This document shows, piece by piece, positions 54,158-62,806 of a stretch of 64,000 nucleotides of DNA. How positions within the stretch are numbered: the stretch's first letter is position 1; each line of letters opens with the position of its first letter. Source of the stretch: Clostridia bacterium (lineage in GTDB: Bacteria; Bacillota; Clostridia; Oscillospirales; Butyricicoccaceae); NCBI GenBank assembly GCA_017453985.1, contig JAFTDT010000111.1, forward strand, positions 7,679 to 71,678. Reading direction: 5' to 3'. The position numbers and the translations under genes are program-made. Below the pieces are notes generated by a model. The model was given only the letters and a program-made list of their open reading frames with translations, ran no database searches and was not told the DNA's origin.

Positions 54158-55455
54158 TGCATCGCGCCTCCTTTGCGGATATTTTTGCCTTCCTCGGCGG
54201 CAGCGGCGAGCTGCTTTACAAAATAACCGGTGACCTCATAGCCCAGCATGCCGCCGCCCATGTCCGTGTGCACCTGGGCGATGCCTTTTTTGCGCAGCCG
54301 CATCGGGTATTCGTGACCAAGATAGAGCTGCGGGCGCAGCACGTCATAGATATACTGCATGGGGGATATGTTGGCGGACTGCGTGATATACGGGTCGGCG
54401 TGCGTCAATATCTGCCGCACGTCCTCGGCGTCAGCCTCGCCGATGCCGTGACATTGCACAAGCTGCGGCTCCATGCCGAGCGACGCCATAAAAGCACATG
54501 CTTCAAAGGCGCGGAACGGCGTGTTGCCGTAGATAAAGCTCACGCCGCGCAGGGCGGCTTTGCCGCTCTCCGCCGCTTTTTCCGCCTCGGCTCGCAGGTC
54601 GGCAAGCTCCATCGGCAGGGGACGCTCCAAAAAGGCGAAAAGATTTTCATACGCCTCTGCGATGTGCCGCGGCTCTACGAACTTGTCGAAAAACACATAC
54701 GGCGTGCCAAATCGCTGCTTCATCTTCTTTGCCAGCGGCAGACCGATATCATTGACGACGATATTCACCTTGGCGGCGCTTGCGCGGCGTATCTCCGCCA
54801 GCGTGCATCCGCTGGGCAGTCTTGCGCCGATGCGCACGCCCGCGCTTTCAAGCACGCGGGACAGCTCCGTGTCCTCAAACCTGCCCATGCGCTGTCCGAG
54901 CACGTTTACGCTGCCGTCCTGCTCGCAGGGCTGCATCAGCCCGAAGCAGGCGGTTATCGTGCGCTCCACGCCCGGCATGTGATTTTCGCATTTAAAATGC
55001 TCGGTGTGCACCGCCATGACGGGCACGCCGTACTGCTCGCTCAGCGCGTCTGCCGCCGCGTCAAAATCGTCGCCGATTATCTCCGGCACGCAGGTGGTGA
55101 CGAGGAAAACCGCCTCCGGACGGCGCTCCGCCATCAGCTCGGCAAATGCCGCCTCGACCTTCTTCACGCAGCCGAAGGTGATGTCGTGCTGGTCGATGGT
55201 CACGGACAGACAGCGTCCGTCCAGACCGCCCCAGTCGTCGGAATATATGGTCATGTGCTTGGTGTAATACGAACATTCGTCGGTGCCGATTATCATCATC
55301 ACCGCGCCGTCTATCCCGCGCACAGCCATTGCTGCGCCCATCAGCGGGCAGTGCGTGCCGGGAAACTGCGCGTAGGTGAGGGAATGGATATCCTTGCGCG
55401 GATCATCGATCTCGCTCAGTCGTTTGAGGCGGGACAAGAGTTCGTTTCCGTCCAT
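54154..55455 (-). CDS. Nitrogenase component-1-type oxidoreductase, NifD/NifE/BchN-like subunit
   Basis: PGTHC-x24-C(DEC) and VTTCVPEIIGDD reproduce the three-Cys cluster-ligand pattern of NifD/NifE/BchN. ATG at 55455 follows AAAGGAG. Confidence 0.78.
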   Translation of the reverse strand: MDGNELLSRLKRLSEIDDPRKDIHSLTYAQFPGTHCPLMGAAMAVRGIDGAVMMIIGTDECSYYTKHMTIYSDDWGGLDGRCLSVTIDQHDITFGCVKKVEAAFAELMAERRPEAVFLVTTCVPEIIGDDFDAAADALSEQYGVPVMAVHTEHFKCENHMPGVERTITACFGLMQPCEQDGSVNVLGQRMGRFEDTELSRVLESAGVRIGARLPSGCTLAEIRRASAAKVNIVVNDIGLPLAKKMKQRFGTPYVFFDKFVEPRHIAEAYENLFAFLERPLPMELADLRAEAEKAAESGKAALRGVSFIYGNTPFRAFEACAFMASLGMEPQLVQCHGIGEADAEDVRQILTHADPYITQSANISPMQYIYDVLRPQLYLGHEYPMRLRKKGIAQVHTDMGGGMLGYEVTGYFVKQLAAAAEEGKNIRKGGAMQ

Positions 55456-55469
55456 TTTTGCTTCTCCTT

Positions 55470-56246
55470 TCAAATTTCGTGATAGGCGATAAGGGGCTTG
55501 CCTCTTCCCGGCACGCGGATTATGCTGCAATCCACGTCATAGACCTCCTTCATCATCTTGGGTGTTATGACGTCCTCCGGCGCACCTTCGGCATATTTTT
55601 CGCCGTCCTTTATCACCACTATCCAGTCGCTGACCTCCAGCGCCTGTGACAGGTCGTGCAGCACCATCACCACGCCGATGCCGTTTTCGCGGTTGAGGCG
55701 GCGGATGAGCTGCATCATCTCAAGCTGGTGGGCGATATCGAGGTAGGTCGTCGGCTCGTCGAGGAAGAGTATCTCCGGCTGCTGTGTCAGCACCGTGGCT
55801 ATCCAGACGCGCTGGCTTTCGCCGCCGGAGCATTCGTGAATGGATTTTTCGCGCAGCTCCCACACGCCGGTGGAGCGCATCGCCCAGTCGATTATCCTGT
55901 CGTCCTCGGCGTCGTTGCGCTCGTACCATTTCTGATAGGGCATGCGTCCGTAGCCGACCAGCTCCCTGACCTGAAAATCGGGCGGCGCGGAATGTATCTG
56001 CGGCAGAACGCCGATATTGCGCGCCAGCTCCTTGGAGGAAAAGTCCCTGAGGTCGCGCCCGTCCACGTATACCGCGCCGCTTTTATATGCCAGCAGGCGG
56101 GTCAGCGCCTTGAGCACGGTGGATTTTCCGGAGCCGTTGGGACCGATGATTGAGGTTATCCTGCCCGCCTGCACGGTGATATCCATGTTGTTGATAACGG
56201 TAAAGTCGCCGTAGCCTATTTTAAGCTGTTCGCCTCTAATTTCCAC
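55470..56246 (-). CDS. ABC transporter ATP-binding protein, FecE/FepC/BtuD type
   Basis: GPNGSGKST, CSGGESQRV, ILFLDEPTTYLD, VLHDL. Overlaps the permease stop. Confidence 0.9.
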   Translation of the reverse strand: MEIRGEQLKIGYGDFTVINNMDITVQAGRITSIIGPNGSGKSTVLKALTRLLAYKSGAVYVDGRDLRDFSSKELARNIGVLPQIHSAPPDFQVRELVGYGRMPYQKWYERNDAEDDRIIDWAMRSTGVWELREKSIHECSGGESQRVWIATVLTQQPEILFLDEPTTYLDIAHQLEMMQLIRRLNRENGIGVVMVLHDLSQALEVSDWIVVIKDGEKYAEGAPEDVITPKMMKEVYDVDCSIIRVPGRGKPLIAYHEI

Positions 56247-57252
56247 GCATTTTACCTCTCTTTCTCAGCAGATACAGGAAAAACGGACCGCCGGTGACGC
56301 TCATCACGATGCCGACGGGGATTTCCATGCCTGGTACTATGGTGCGTCCCAGAGTGTCCGCCGCCAGCAGCACGACCGAGCCGAGCAGCATGGAGGTGGG
56401 GAGCATCTGTTTGTAATCCGAGCCGACCAATATCCTTGATATATGCGGCACTACCAGCCCGACGAAGCCTATCATGCCCGCAACCGATACCGTCGCCGCC
56501 GCCAGAAAGGCGGAGACTGCGGACAGCAGCACGCGCGTGACGCTGACATTGACGCCGAGGGACTTTGCCATCTCGTCGCCGAGCTGCAGGGTGTTGGCGC
56601 TCTTGATGCATAGGAAGGACAGCAGCAGTCCCGCGCCGGCGTATATCACCAGCACGCGCACGTGCGACCAGCTCCGTCCGGAAAGGCTGCCGTTCATAAA
56701 GGCGAGCACACCCTCCAGACTGTCGGAGTGCAGCATCTGCAAAAGGGCGTTGTAAGCGCCCAGCACGCTGTTTATGGCAACGCCGGAAAGTATGATGCGG
56801 GTGGGGTCGACGCCGCCCTTCCACGCCATGGTGTAGATGAGAAAGCACGCCAGTGCCGCGCCCGCAAAGGCGAACAGCGGCACCGCGTTTGTCATATGGG
56901 GAAAGAGCAGCAGTATCGTGGTGGCGGCGGTGCCCGCGCCGGCGGACACGCCGATGGTGCCGGGGTCCGCCAGCGGGTTGCGCATCACCGACTGCAAAAT
57001 GGCGCCCGACGAGGAAAGCGAGGCGCCGATGAGCAGCGCGAGGATAAGCCGGGGCAGGCGGAGATTCATCACCACGACCTTGACGGTGCTTTTCTCCGCC
57101 GAGAACACCGCGTCCACTATCTCGCGGACGGAATATCCGGCGCTGCCCACGTTTATCGCCACCAGGGAGAGCACGACCAATAAAATCGCCAAAAGCAGCC
57201 ATATCGTACCGATACGCAGGGCGCTTACCTTGTGCTTCCTTGATGCTTTCAT
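56236..57252 (-). CDS. FecCD-family ABC permease (iron-siderophore/haem/cobalamin type)
   Basis: Ten-TM-type profile with LRLPRLILALLIGASLSSSGAILQSVMRNPLADPGTIGVS, typical of FecCD/BtuC. ATG at 57252 follows GGAG. Confidence 0.9.
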   Translation of the reverse strand: MKASRKHKVSALRIGTIWLLLAILLVVLSLVAINVGSAGYSVREIVDAVFSAEKSTVKVVVMNLRLPRLILALLIGASLSSSGAILQSVMRNPLADPGTIGVSAGAGTAATTILLLFPHMTNAVPLFAFAGAALACFLIYTMAWKGGVDPTRIILSGVAINSVLGAYNALLQMLHSDSLEGVLAFMNGSLSGRSWSHVRVLVIYAGAGLLLSFLCIKSANTLQLGDEMAKSLGVNVSVTRVLLSAVSAFLAAATVSVAGMIGFVGLVVPHISRILVGSDYKQMLPTSMLLGSVVLLAADTLGRTIVPGMEIPVGIVMSVTGGPFFLYLLRKRGKMRGN

Positions 57253-57256
57253 ACTA

Positions 57257-59170
57257 TCACTCCGCAAAATGAGCCGTTATGATGTCCGTCAGCTCACCGA
57301 TATTGTCTATCACATTGATGCCGGCGGAGGAAACAAACCGCACCGGCAGATATATCACGTCGCCGCGCTCGATGGCGGGAATGCTGTTCCAGTATTCGGG
57401 ATTATTGGCAAAGTCCTCCTCCATCAGCGTCTTGTGTCCCTCGCCGGTCGGGCTCATGCCGACGCACAGCACCACGTCGGGATCAAGCTCCAGCGCGGTC
57501 TCGTAATCTACCGGCGCCATGAAGGTCTGGTCGTTTTTGTACACGTTGGTCAGACCTATCATCTCCGCCATGGAGCCAAGCGTGCCGCCGCTGGTCTGGA
57601 TATAGTGAGAGGGAGGCGAGGACTGGAGGACCATCACGGTCTTGCCCTCAAGCTGCTTTTTGCTCTCCGCCAGCCTTGCTTCGAGGTCTGCAAAAGCCTT
57701 CATCATGGCGTCGCCCGCTGCGCTGCCCTTGCCGAAAGCGTCGATGAGCGCCTCGGTCTGGAGCTTGATGGACGCATAGGGTACGGTATGTCCCGCGTCC
57801 ACGTAATAAACGGGGATATTCACGTCGGTCAGCACCTTGCCGTAGGTGTCCTCGGAGGTGTAGCCGAGTATCACGAGGTCAGGCTCCATGGCGACGACCG
57901 TTTCGATGTCAAAATTGGTGTTGTGCGCAAGCTGCAGGGTGGTGACGTCCTTCATGTTCTCCGGCCACTGCACCACCGCAGAGGCGGGCACGGCTATCAT
58001 GTTCACGCCGAGGTTGTTCAGCGCCAGCACGGGGGAGGTGCTCATGGAAACGACCTTCTCAGGCTTCTTCTCCAGCACCAGCGGCTCGGTGTAGCCGCGC
58101 GCCTGCATGTTGGAGGGATAATTCAGCACTATCTGCCCGTCGCCGCGGGATTCCAGCAGGTCTACAAGCTTGTTCAAGCTGTCCACTATCTGCAGGCCCT
58201 TGGAGGATATGTACTCAGTGCCGAGGTAGATGATATTGTCGTTTGCCACGGCGTCGAGCTGGTTCCACAGCTCGCGGTCGGAATTAAAGGTTTCCTCAAA
58301 CATCTCGCGCACCTGCTCGCCGGTGGGTACGCCGGGGCTGATGGCGAAGATGATCTCCGGGTTCTGCTTTATGCAGGTTTCCACGTCGGTGGGAGCTGTG
58401 CGGAGGGTGGGGTCGATGAGCTTGTCGCTCAGATTTTCAAAGGGGAGCATGGCGAGCATGCTGCCGAGATATCCCTGACTTGTCTGTTGATAGGAGCCGG
58501 GCTGGGAGAAGAATATCATCATCGTCTTGCTGCCGTGCGCGGCGGTATATTCGGCGCAGCGCGCCTCGGCGGCGGCAAAAGCGTCCTCTATCTCCTTGAC
58601 CTGTGCCTGCGTGCCGAAGGAGCGGGCGATGGCAATGGTGCCGTCGCGCGTCTCGCCGTAGGTGACGGAGGGTCCCTCGGTGGTGTAATAGACCTTGATG
58701 CCCGCGTCGTCAAACTGCTTGCCGTACTCCTCCTTCTGATACTCGCCGACCATGACGAGGTCAGGCTCCATGGCGACTATCGCCTCGATATCCAGCCCGC
58801 TCATGCCGACCTCTATCTGCGGCAGCTCGCGCACCCAATCGGGAAAATCGCCGCTCTTGGAAAGCGAGGTGACCGCCACAGGATGCACGTCAAAGCGTGC
58901 GAGCACCTGCAGCGCGGTGTTGGAGAGGCAGACGATGCGCTCCGGCGCCTTGTCCAGCACCAGCGTTTCGCCCTCCAGCTCGTGCATGAACTCGGGGTAG
59001 TAGAGGGTAAAGCTGCCGTCTGCGTTCTGATTTGTTTCCTGCTGGTTTGTTTCCTGCTCGTTTTGCTTCTGGGTGTTCTGCGGCTCTGTCGTGCCGTTGT
59101 CGTTATTGCACGCCGCCGCACCGAAAAGCATCAGCGCCGCCATCAGCAGAGCCATGAGTTTTTTTACCAT
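57257..59170 (-). CDS. Lipoprotein with two tandem class-III/cluster-A (FhuD/BtuF-like) substrate-binding domains
   Basis: Lipobox LMLFGAAAC. The two halves are clearly paralogous (VLDKAPERIVCLSNTALQVLARFDVHPVAV vs VLEKKPEKVVSMSTSPVLALNNLGVNMIAV; VVAMEPDLVMVG vs VVAMEPDLVILG). Confidence 0.85.
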   Translation of the reverse strand: MVKKLMALLMAALMLFGAAACNNDNGTTEPQNTQKQNEQETNQQETNQNADGSFTLYYPEFMHELEGETLVLDKAPERIVCLSNTALQVLARFDVHPVAVTSLSKSGDFPDWVRELPQIEVGMSGLDIEAIVAMEPDLVMVGEYQKEEYGKQFDDAGIKVYYTTEGPSVTYGETRDGTIAIARSFGTQAQVKEIEDAFAAAEARCAEYTAAHGSKTMMIFFSQPGSYQQTSQGYLGSMLAMLPFENLSDKLIDPTLRTAPTDVETCIKQNPEIIFAISPGVPTGEQVREMFEETFNSDRELWNQLDAVANDNIIYLGTEYISSKGLQIVDSLNKLVDLLESRGDGQIVLNYPSNMQARGYTEPLVLEKKPEKVVSMSTSPVLALNNLGVNMIAVPASAVVQWPENMKDVTTLQLAHNTNFDIETVVAMEPDLVILGYTSEDTYGKVLTDVNIPVYYVDAGHTVPYASIKLQTEALIDAFGKGSAAGDAMMKAFADLEARLAESKKQLEGKTVMVLQSSPPSHYIQTSGGTLGSMAEMIGLTNVYKNDQTFMAPVDYETALELDPDVVLCVGMSPTGEGHKTLMEEDFANNPEYWNSIPAIERGDVIYLPVRFVSSAGINVIDNIGELTDIITAHFAE

Positions 59171-59182
59171 TTTGATCTCCTC

Positions 59183-59986
59183 CTAAGCATTGGAATTTGT
59201 TGTATGAAAACAGACCTGCGCCTGATTTTCATCATCGGCGGAAAGCCGCAGCACGGTCTCTGCCAGCTCGCGGTACACCGCGCACAGCGGAGAGTCCGGC
59301 ACGCATTCGAGCACGGTGCCGCCCAGCGCCTCGGCGCGCTGGATATCGCCGCTGCGGGGAACATAGGCGACGACCTCCGTGCCGATCTCCTGCGCGGCGC
59401 GCGCCACGATCTCACGCTCTCCCTCAATGTTGCGGGCGTTGAGTATCAGACCGGCGAGATGCGCGTACCCGCGCGAGGCAAAGCTGCGCACGGCGCGGGC
59501 GATATTGTCCGCCGCGTACAGCGCCATCATCTCACCGGAGGAGACGATGAATACCTCGCGCGCATAGCCCTCGCGGATCGGCATGGCAAAGCCGCCGCAC
59601 ACCACGTCGCCCAGCACGTCGTATATCACGATATCCGGGCGGTAGATCTCGAACGCCTCCAGCTCGGCAAGCTTTTCAAAGGCGGAGATGATGCCGCGCC
59701 CGGCGCAGCCGATGCCAGGCGTGGGGCCTCCGCTCTCGACGCACAGCACGCCGCCGCTGCCCTCAAACACGATATCGTCCAGCCTCAGCGCGTCCTGCTT
59801 TTCGCGGAGCTGATCCAGCACGGTGGGTATGCGCCTGCCGCCCATCAGCCCCTTGGTGGAGTCCGCCTTGGGGTCGCAGCCCACCTGCATGACGCGCAAG
59901 CCCATGCCGGCGAGCGCGGCGGAGAGGTTGGAGGTGGTGGTGCTTTTGCCGATGCCGCCCTTGCCGTAAATAGCTATTTTTCTCAT
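59183..59986 (-). CDS. NifH/BchL/CfbC-family ATPase (nitrogenase iron-protein-like)
   Basis: [18 protein letters not shown]-loop, CDPKADST switch I, and [4Fe-4S] Cys contexts GIGCAGRG and VVCGGFAMP. The ATG at 59986 gives the canonical N-terminus. Confidence 0.9.
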   Translation of the reverse strand: MRKIAIYGKGGIGKSTTTSNLSAALAGMGLRVMQVGCDPKADSTKGLMGGRRIPTVLDQLREKQDALRLDDIVFEGSGGVLCVESGGPTPGIGCAGRGIISAFEKLAELEAFEIYRPDIVIYDVLGDVVCGGFAMPIREGYAREVFIVSSGEMMALYAADNIARAVRSFASRGYAHLAGLILNARNIEGEREIVARAAQEIGTEVVAYVPRSGDIQRAEALGGTVLECVPDSPLCAVYRELAETVLRLSADDENQAQVCFHTTNSNA

Positions 59987-60026
59987 GATAGATCGACCTG
60001 CCTTGCTTTGCAGCATCCCTCTGTGA

Positions 60027-60055
60027 TTGACAGCGAGGGAAGAAGCTGTTATAAT
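60027..60055 (+). promoter_or_regulatory. Consensus promoter directed toward the AraC-family gene
   Basis: TTGACA, 17 nt, TATAAT. Confidence 0.6.
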
Positions 60056-60061
60056 ATTGTA

Positions 60062-60079
60062 GGTTAGTTATATCTAACC
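60062..60079. promoter_or_regulatory. Inverted repeat GGTTAG-N6-CTAACC in the divergent control region
   Basis: Perfect 6-bp arms immediately downstream of the plus-strand -10, inside the likely 5' UTRs of both divergent units. Confidence 0.35.
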
Positions 60080-60166
60080 GCAAGGAGCAGTATATCATAT
60101 TTCAGCAGGGAATTACCTCTAAAATTTGCCCCAGTATCTTTAAAATTTTGCAATCGGGAGAAAAAT

Positions 60167-60856
60167 ATGACGCAGCATGAGAAGATGAGCATAAAAAGCG
60201 AGTATATGGAGTTGATCTATAATCTGCACTCGGTATGCGAGGCGCTGATATATGACAGCCTGAGCAGCGCCACGGCGCTTTTCTGCGAGAGAATAAGGAG
60301 AGTAAGCGCGCTGGCGGGCGGCAGGATACCGGAGGTGGAGGGGATGATAATCATCACCTCGCTCAACCGCTGCCTGTACGATTTTTTCCAGTTTTACATG
60401 CACGTCAGCCTGACGGAATGCTGCTGGCGCAACCGAGTGCAGGCGGGAGCAATGGGGAGCGACGAGGATATCAGGCAGACGGGAATACGGGTGCTGAAGG
60501 ACTATCACGATACCTTTTCGCTCAGCCGCGAGGCGTGCAGCCATATGGAAAAAGCCCGCGTATACATACGCGAGCATCTGGAGGAGCCGCTGACGCTGCA
60601 TAGCGTCGGCAAAGCGATACATATCAGCGGCGGCTATCTCAGCCGGATATTTTCCAATCTGGCGGGGCAGACCTTCTGCGATTATGTGCGGGAGGAGCGC
60701 ATCGCCTTCAGCCGCAAGCTGCTGGCGGGGACGGATATGACGGTGGACGCGATAGCGGCGCGCTGCGGCTTTAACACGCCGAATTATTTCGCAACGGTTT
60801 TCAAGCAATATATGGGGCAGTCGCCGCTGGCGTATCGCAAAAGCGTAAAAAGATAA
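60167..60856 (+). CDS. AraC-family transcriptional regulator
   Basis: C-terminal double HTH (LTLHSVGKAIHISGGYLSRIF...IAARCGFNTPNYFATVFKQYMGQSPLAYRK). N-terminal ~120 aa unassigned. Confidence 0.88.
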   Translation: MTQHEKMSIKSEYMELIYNLHSVCEALIYDSLSSATALFCERIRRVSALAGGRIPEVEGMIIITSLNRCLYDFFQFYMHVSLTECCWRNRVQAGAMGSDEDIRQTGIRVLKDYHDTFSLSREACSHMEKARVYIREHLEEPLTLHSVGKAIHISGGYLSRIFSNLAGQTFCDYVREERIAFSRKLLAGTDMTVDAIAARCGFNTPNYFATVFKQYMGQSPLAYRKSVKR

Positions 60857-60946
60857 ATATAAAAAACGCGCCGCAGAGCTTCTCTGCGGCGCAGCGTGTT
60901 AAGGGGACAATCATCTGTCTTGTACAGGGAAAAGATGCATATTTGC

Positions 60947-62560
60947 CTAAACAACAGACAGCCGCCCGTTTTGCATTACGAGCCGCACGTCATACAGGGG
61001 CAGCAGCCGGAGATTTGGCTTGTGGCAGACATGTATCGTCATCGCGTCCTCATGGAGCAGCAATTCCTCGATCGCCTCGGCGCTGCCGCCGTCCAGCGCG
61101 GACGTGACCTCGTCCAGCAAATATACGTCGGGTTTGCCGACCATGGCGCGTGCCAGCGCGACTTTTTGCCGCTCGCCGCCGGAAAGCTGCTCTGAAATTT
61201 CGGGAGTGATTTCCTGCCCGCGGTATCGCTCGATCAGATATTCCAGCCCCAGCTTTTTTATTACGGAGGAATATATCTCCGCCGGAATGTCGCGCCCAAG
61301 CAGTATATTTTCCTCCAGCGTGGCGCTGAACAGATACGGCTCCTGAAACACCGGGCATACACGTTTGTAATATGCGGGAGCGGATATTTCCTTCAAGCAT
61401 TTGCCGTTGCAGGCGATTTCCCCTGAATAGCCGAGCTCTCCGATTTGGGCTATCAGCCGCAAAAGTGTGGATTTTCCGCTGCCGCTTTCGCCCATGAGAA
61501 GATAATGCTTACCGGCTTCAAAAGCTGCCGATGCGCCGCCGAGTATGCGCAGACCATCTACCGAGCAGCCGACGTCAGTTACGGTGATGGTCTTGATTTT
61601 GTCCGGCATTTGGAAAGATGCGGCTTCACACGCCCCGTCTGCAAGCATTTCTTCATATCGCTTCAGGAGCGGAAGCGCCTCGCTGCGGGCGTGGAGCATG
61701 CGTGCAAGCACCTCTGCGGGCGCCGCGATAAGCTGCGCAAGCTGCACCACGGCAATAAGACCGCCAGCCTCCATCTGTCCAATGGATATCAAAGCGACGC
61801 CGACAGTCAGAATGAGGAGCGTTTTCCCGACCTGCAAAAGCGCGGTCATGCCGTGCACGCGCATTTGACAGAGATTAAGGGTGCGTTCCTTTTTTGAGGC
61901 GTGCGCGTTTGCTTCCTCCTGAATTTCGTTGGCACGGGCATGATAATTATAGCTTTTGATAATTTGCAGACCGCCGAGAAAGGATTGCAGCCCGGCGTTA
62001 TATCTGCCGAGGCTTTCGGAGTACGCAGCCCGCGCCGCGCCGCTTTTTTTGCGCATGGCTCGCGGGCAGAGCAGCATCAGCCCGCTGACGGAAAATACAA
62101 TGAGCGCCAGCAGCCAATGAACGGTCAGCATGGAAATCGCGGAAAAAAGCAGAATAAAAGTGCATTTGACAATGTCGATTGCGCCGGAAAAGTATTGCTC
62201 CGTCAACGCGGGAATATCGTTGTTGACGAAGGAAATAAAGGCGGCGCTCTTTTCCCGTCCGGCAAAATCGTTTTTGGAAAAAGCGCGGAATGCACTGCCG
62301 CGCATCGCTTGCTTCTGCCGCCGCGAAAACTGCATGCTCATGTAAGCATCAAGCAGGGAAAACGCTATTTGACATGCGCCGACAAGCAGGTACAGAATAA
62401 GCAGACGCTTGCCTGCGGCAATGCTTTCGGAAAAGGCGGCGACCATGGCTCCGGAAAGAGCAGGAGCCAAAACGCAGACTCCGGAAAAGACAACGCCGGT
62501 CAAAAGCGTAAGGAAAAAGCAGGAGCGGGTTTCATCAAGGTTATTCAATAATCTTTTCAC
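60947..62560 (-). CDS. ABC exporter, fused permease/ATPase (half-transporter)
   Basis: Six-TM N-terminal domain. GESGSGKST, LSGGERQKV, VYLLDEVTSALD. GTG start follows AGAGGTGA. Confidence 0.85.
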   Translation of the reverse strand: MKRLLNNLDETRSCFFLTLLTGVVFSGVCVLAPALSGAMVAAFSESIAAGKRLLILYLLVGACQIAFSLLDAYMSMQFSRRQKQAMRGSAFRAFSKNDFAGREKSAAFISFVNNDIPALTEQYFSGAIDIVKCTFILLFSAISMLTVHWLLALIVFSVSGLMLLCPRAMRKKSGAARAAYSESLGRYNAGLQSFLGGLQIIKSYNYHARANEIQEEANAHASKKERTLNLCQMRVHGMTALLQVGKTLLILTVGVALISIGQMEAGGLIAVVQLAQLIAAPAEVLARMLHARSEALPLLKRYEEMLADGACEAASFQMPDKIKTITVTDVGCSVDGLRILGGASAAFEAGKHYLLMGESGSGKSTLLRLIAQIGELGYSGEIACNGKCLKEISAPAYYKRVCPVFQEPYLFSATLEENILLGRDIPAEIYSSVIKKLGLEYLIERYRGQEITPEISEQLSGGERQKVALARAMVGKPDVYLLDEVTSALDGGSAEAIEELLLHEDAMTIHVCHKPNLRLLPLYDVRLVMQNGRLSVV

Positions 62561-62731
62561 TCAGTTCACCTCTGAAATATTTTTTTATCGGGAAATATTT
62601 CAGAGCATTGAAGCCGTAAAGACGCAAATATATACCTTGATACATAATAATTCTCCTTTTTTTCTGATATCAGCCTTGAATAATTAAATCATATCACAAA
62701 ACAGAGCGGTTTAAAAGCCGCTTTTTTGCGC

Positions 62732-62766
62732 AAAAAAACGCCGCCGTTAAAAGTCACGGCGGCGTT
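62732..62766 (-). terminator. eno terminator
   Basis: Minus strand: aacgccgccg...cggcggcgtt followed by ttttttt. Confidence 0.8.
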
Positions 62767-62806
62767 TGTGTCAGCGCATGAAAACAACTCAGTCTCGGCT
62801 GCGAGC

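Noticed and set aside
52925-59986. Interpreting the NifH/D/K-like genes as a genuine nitrogen-fixation (nif) cluster
   Set aside because: - No nifB/E/N/V/X or other maturation genes are adjacent.
- The structural genes are split by a chelate importer.
- The K-like subunit is short (410 aa).
- The architecture fits the nitrogenase-like (Nfl/Bch/Cfb/Mar) side of the superfamily better.
52319-60067. Plus-strand ORFs of 635 aa (52319..54226), 441 aa (54157..55482) and 1076 aa (56837..60067)
   Set aside because: They are antisense to the well-supported nitrogenase-like and ABC importer genes, with the same Arg/Ala/His-rich shadow-frame character.
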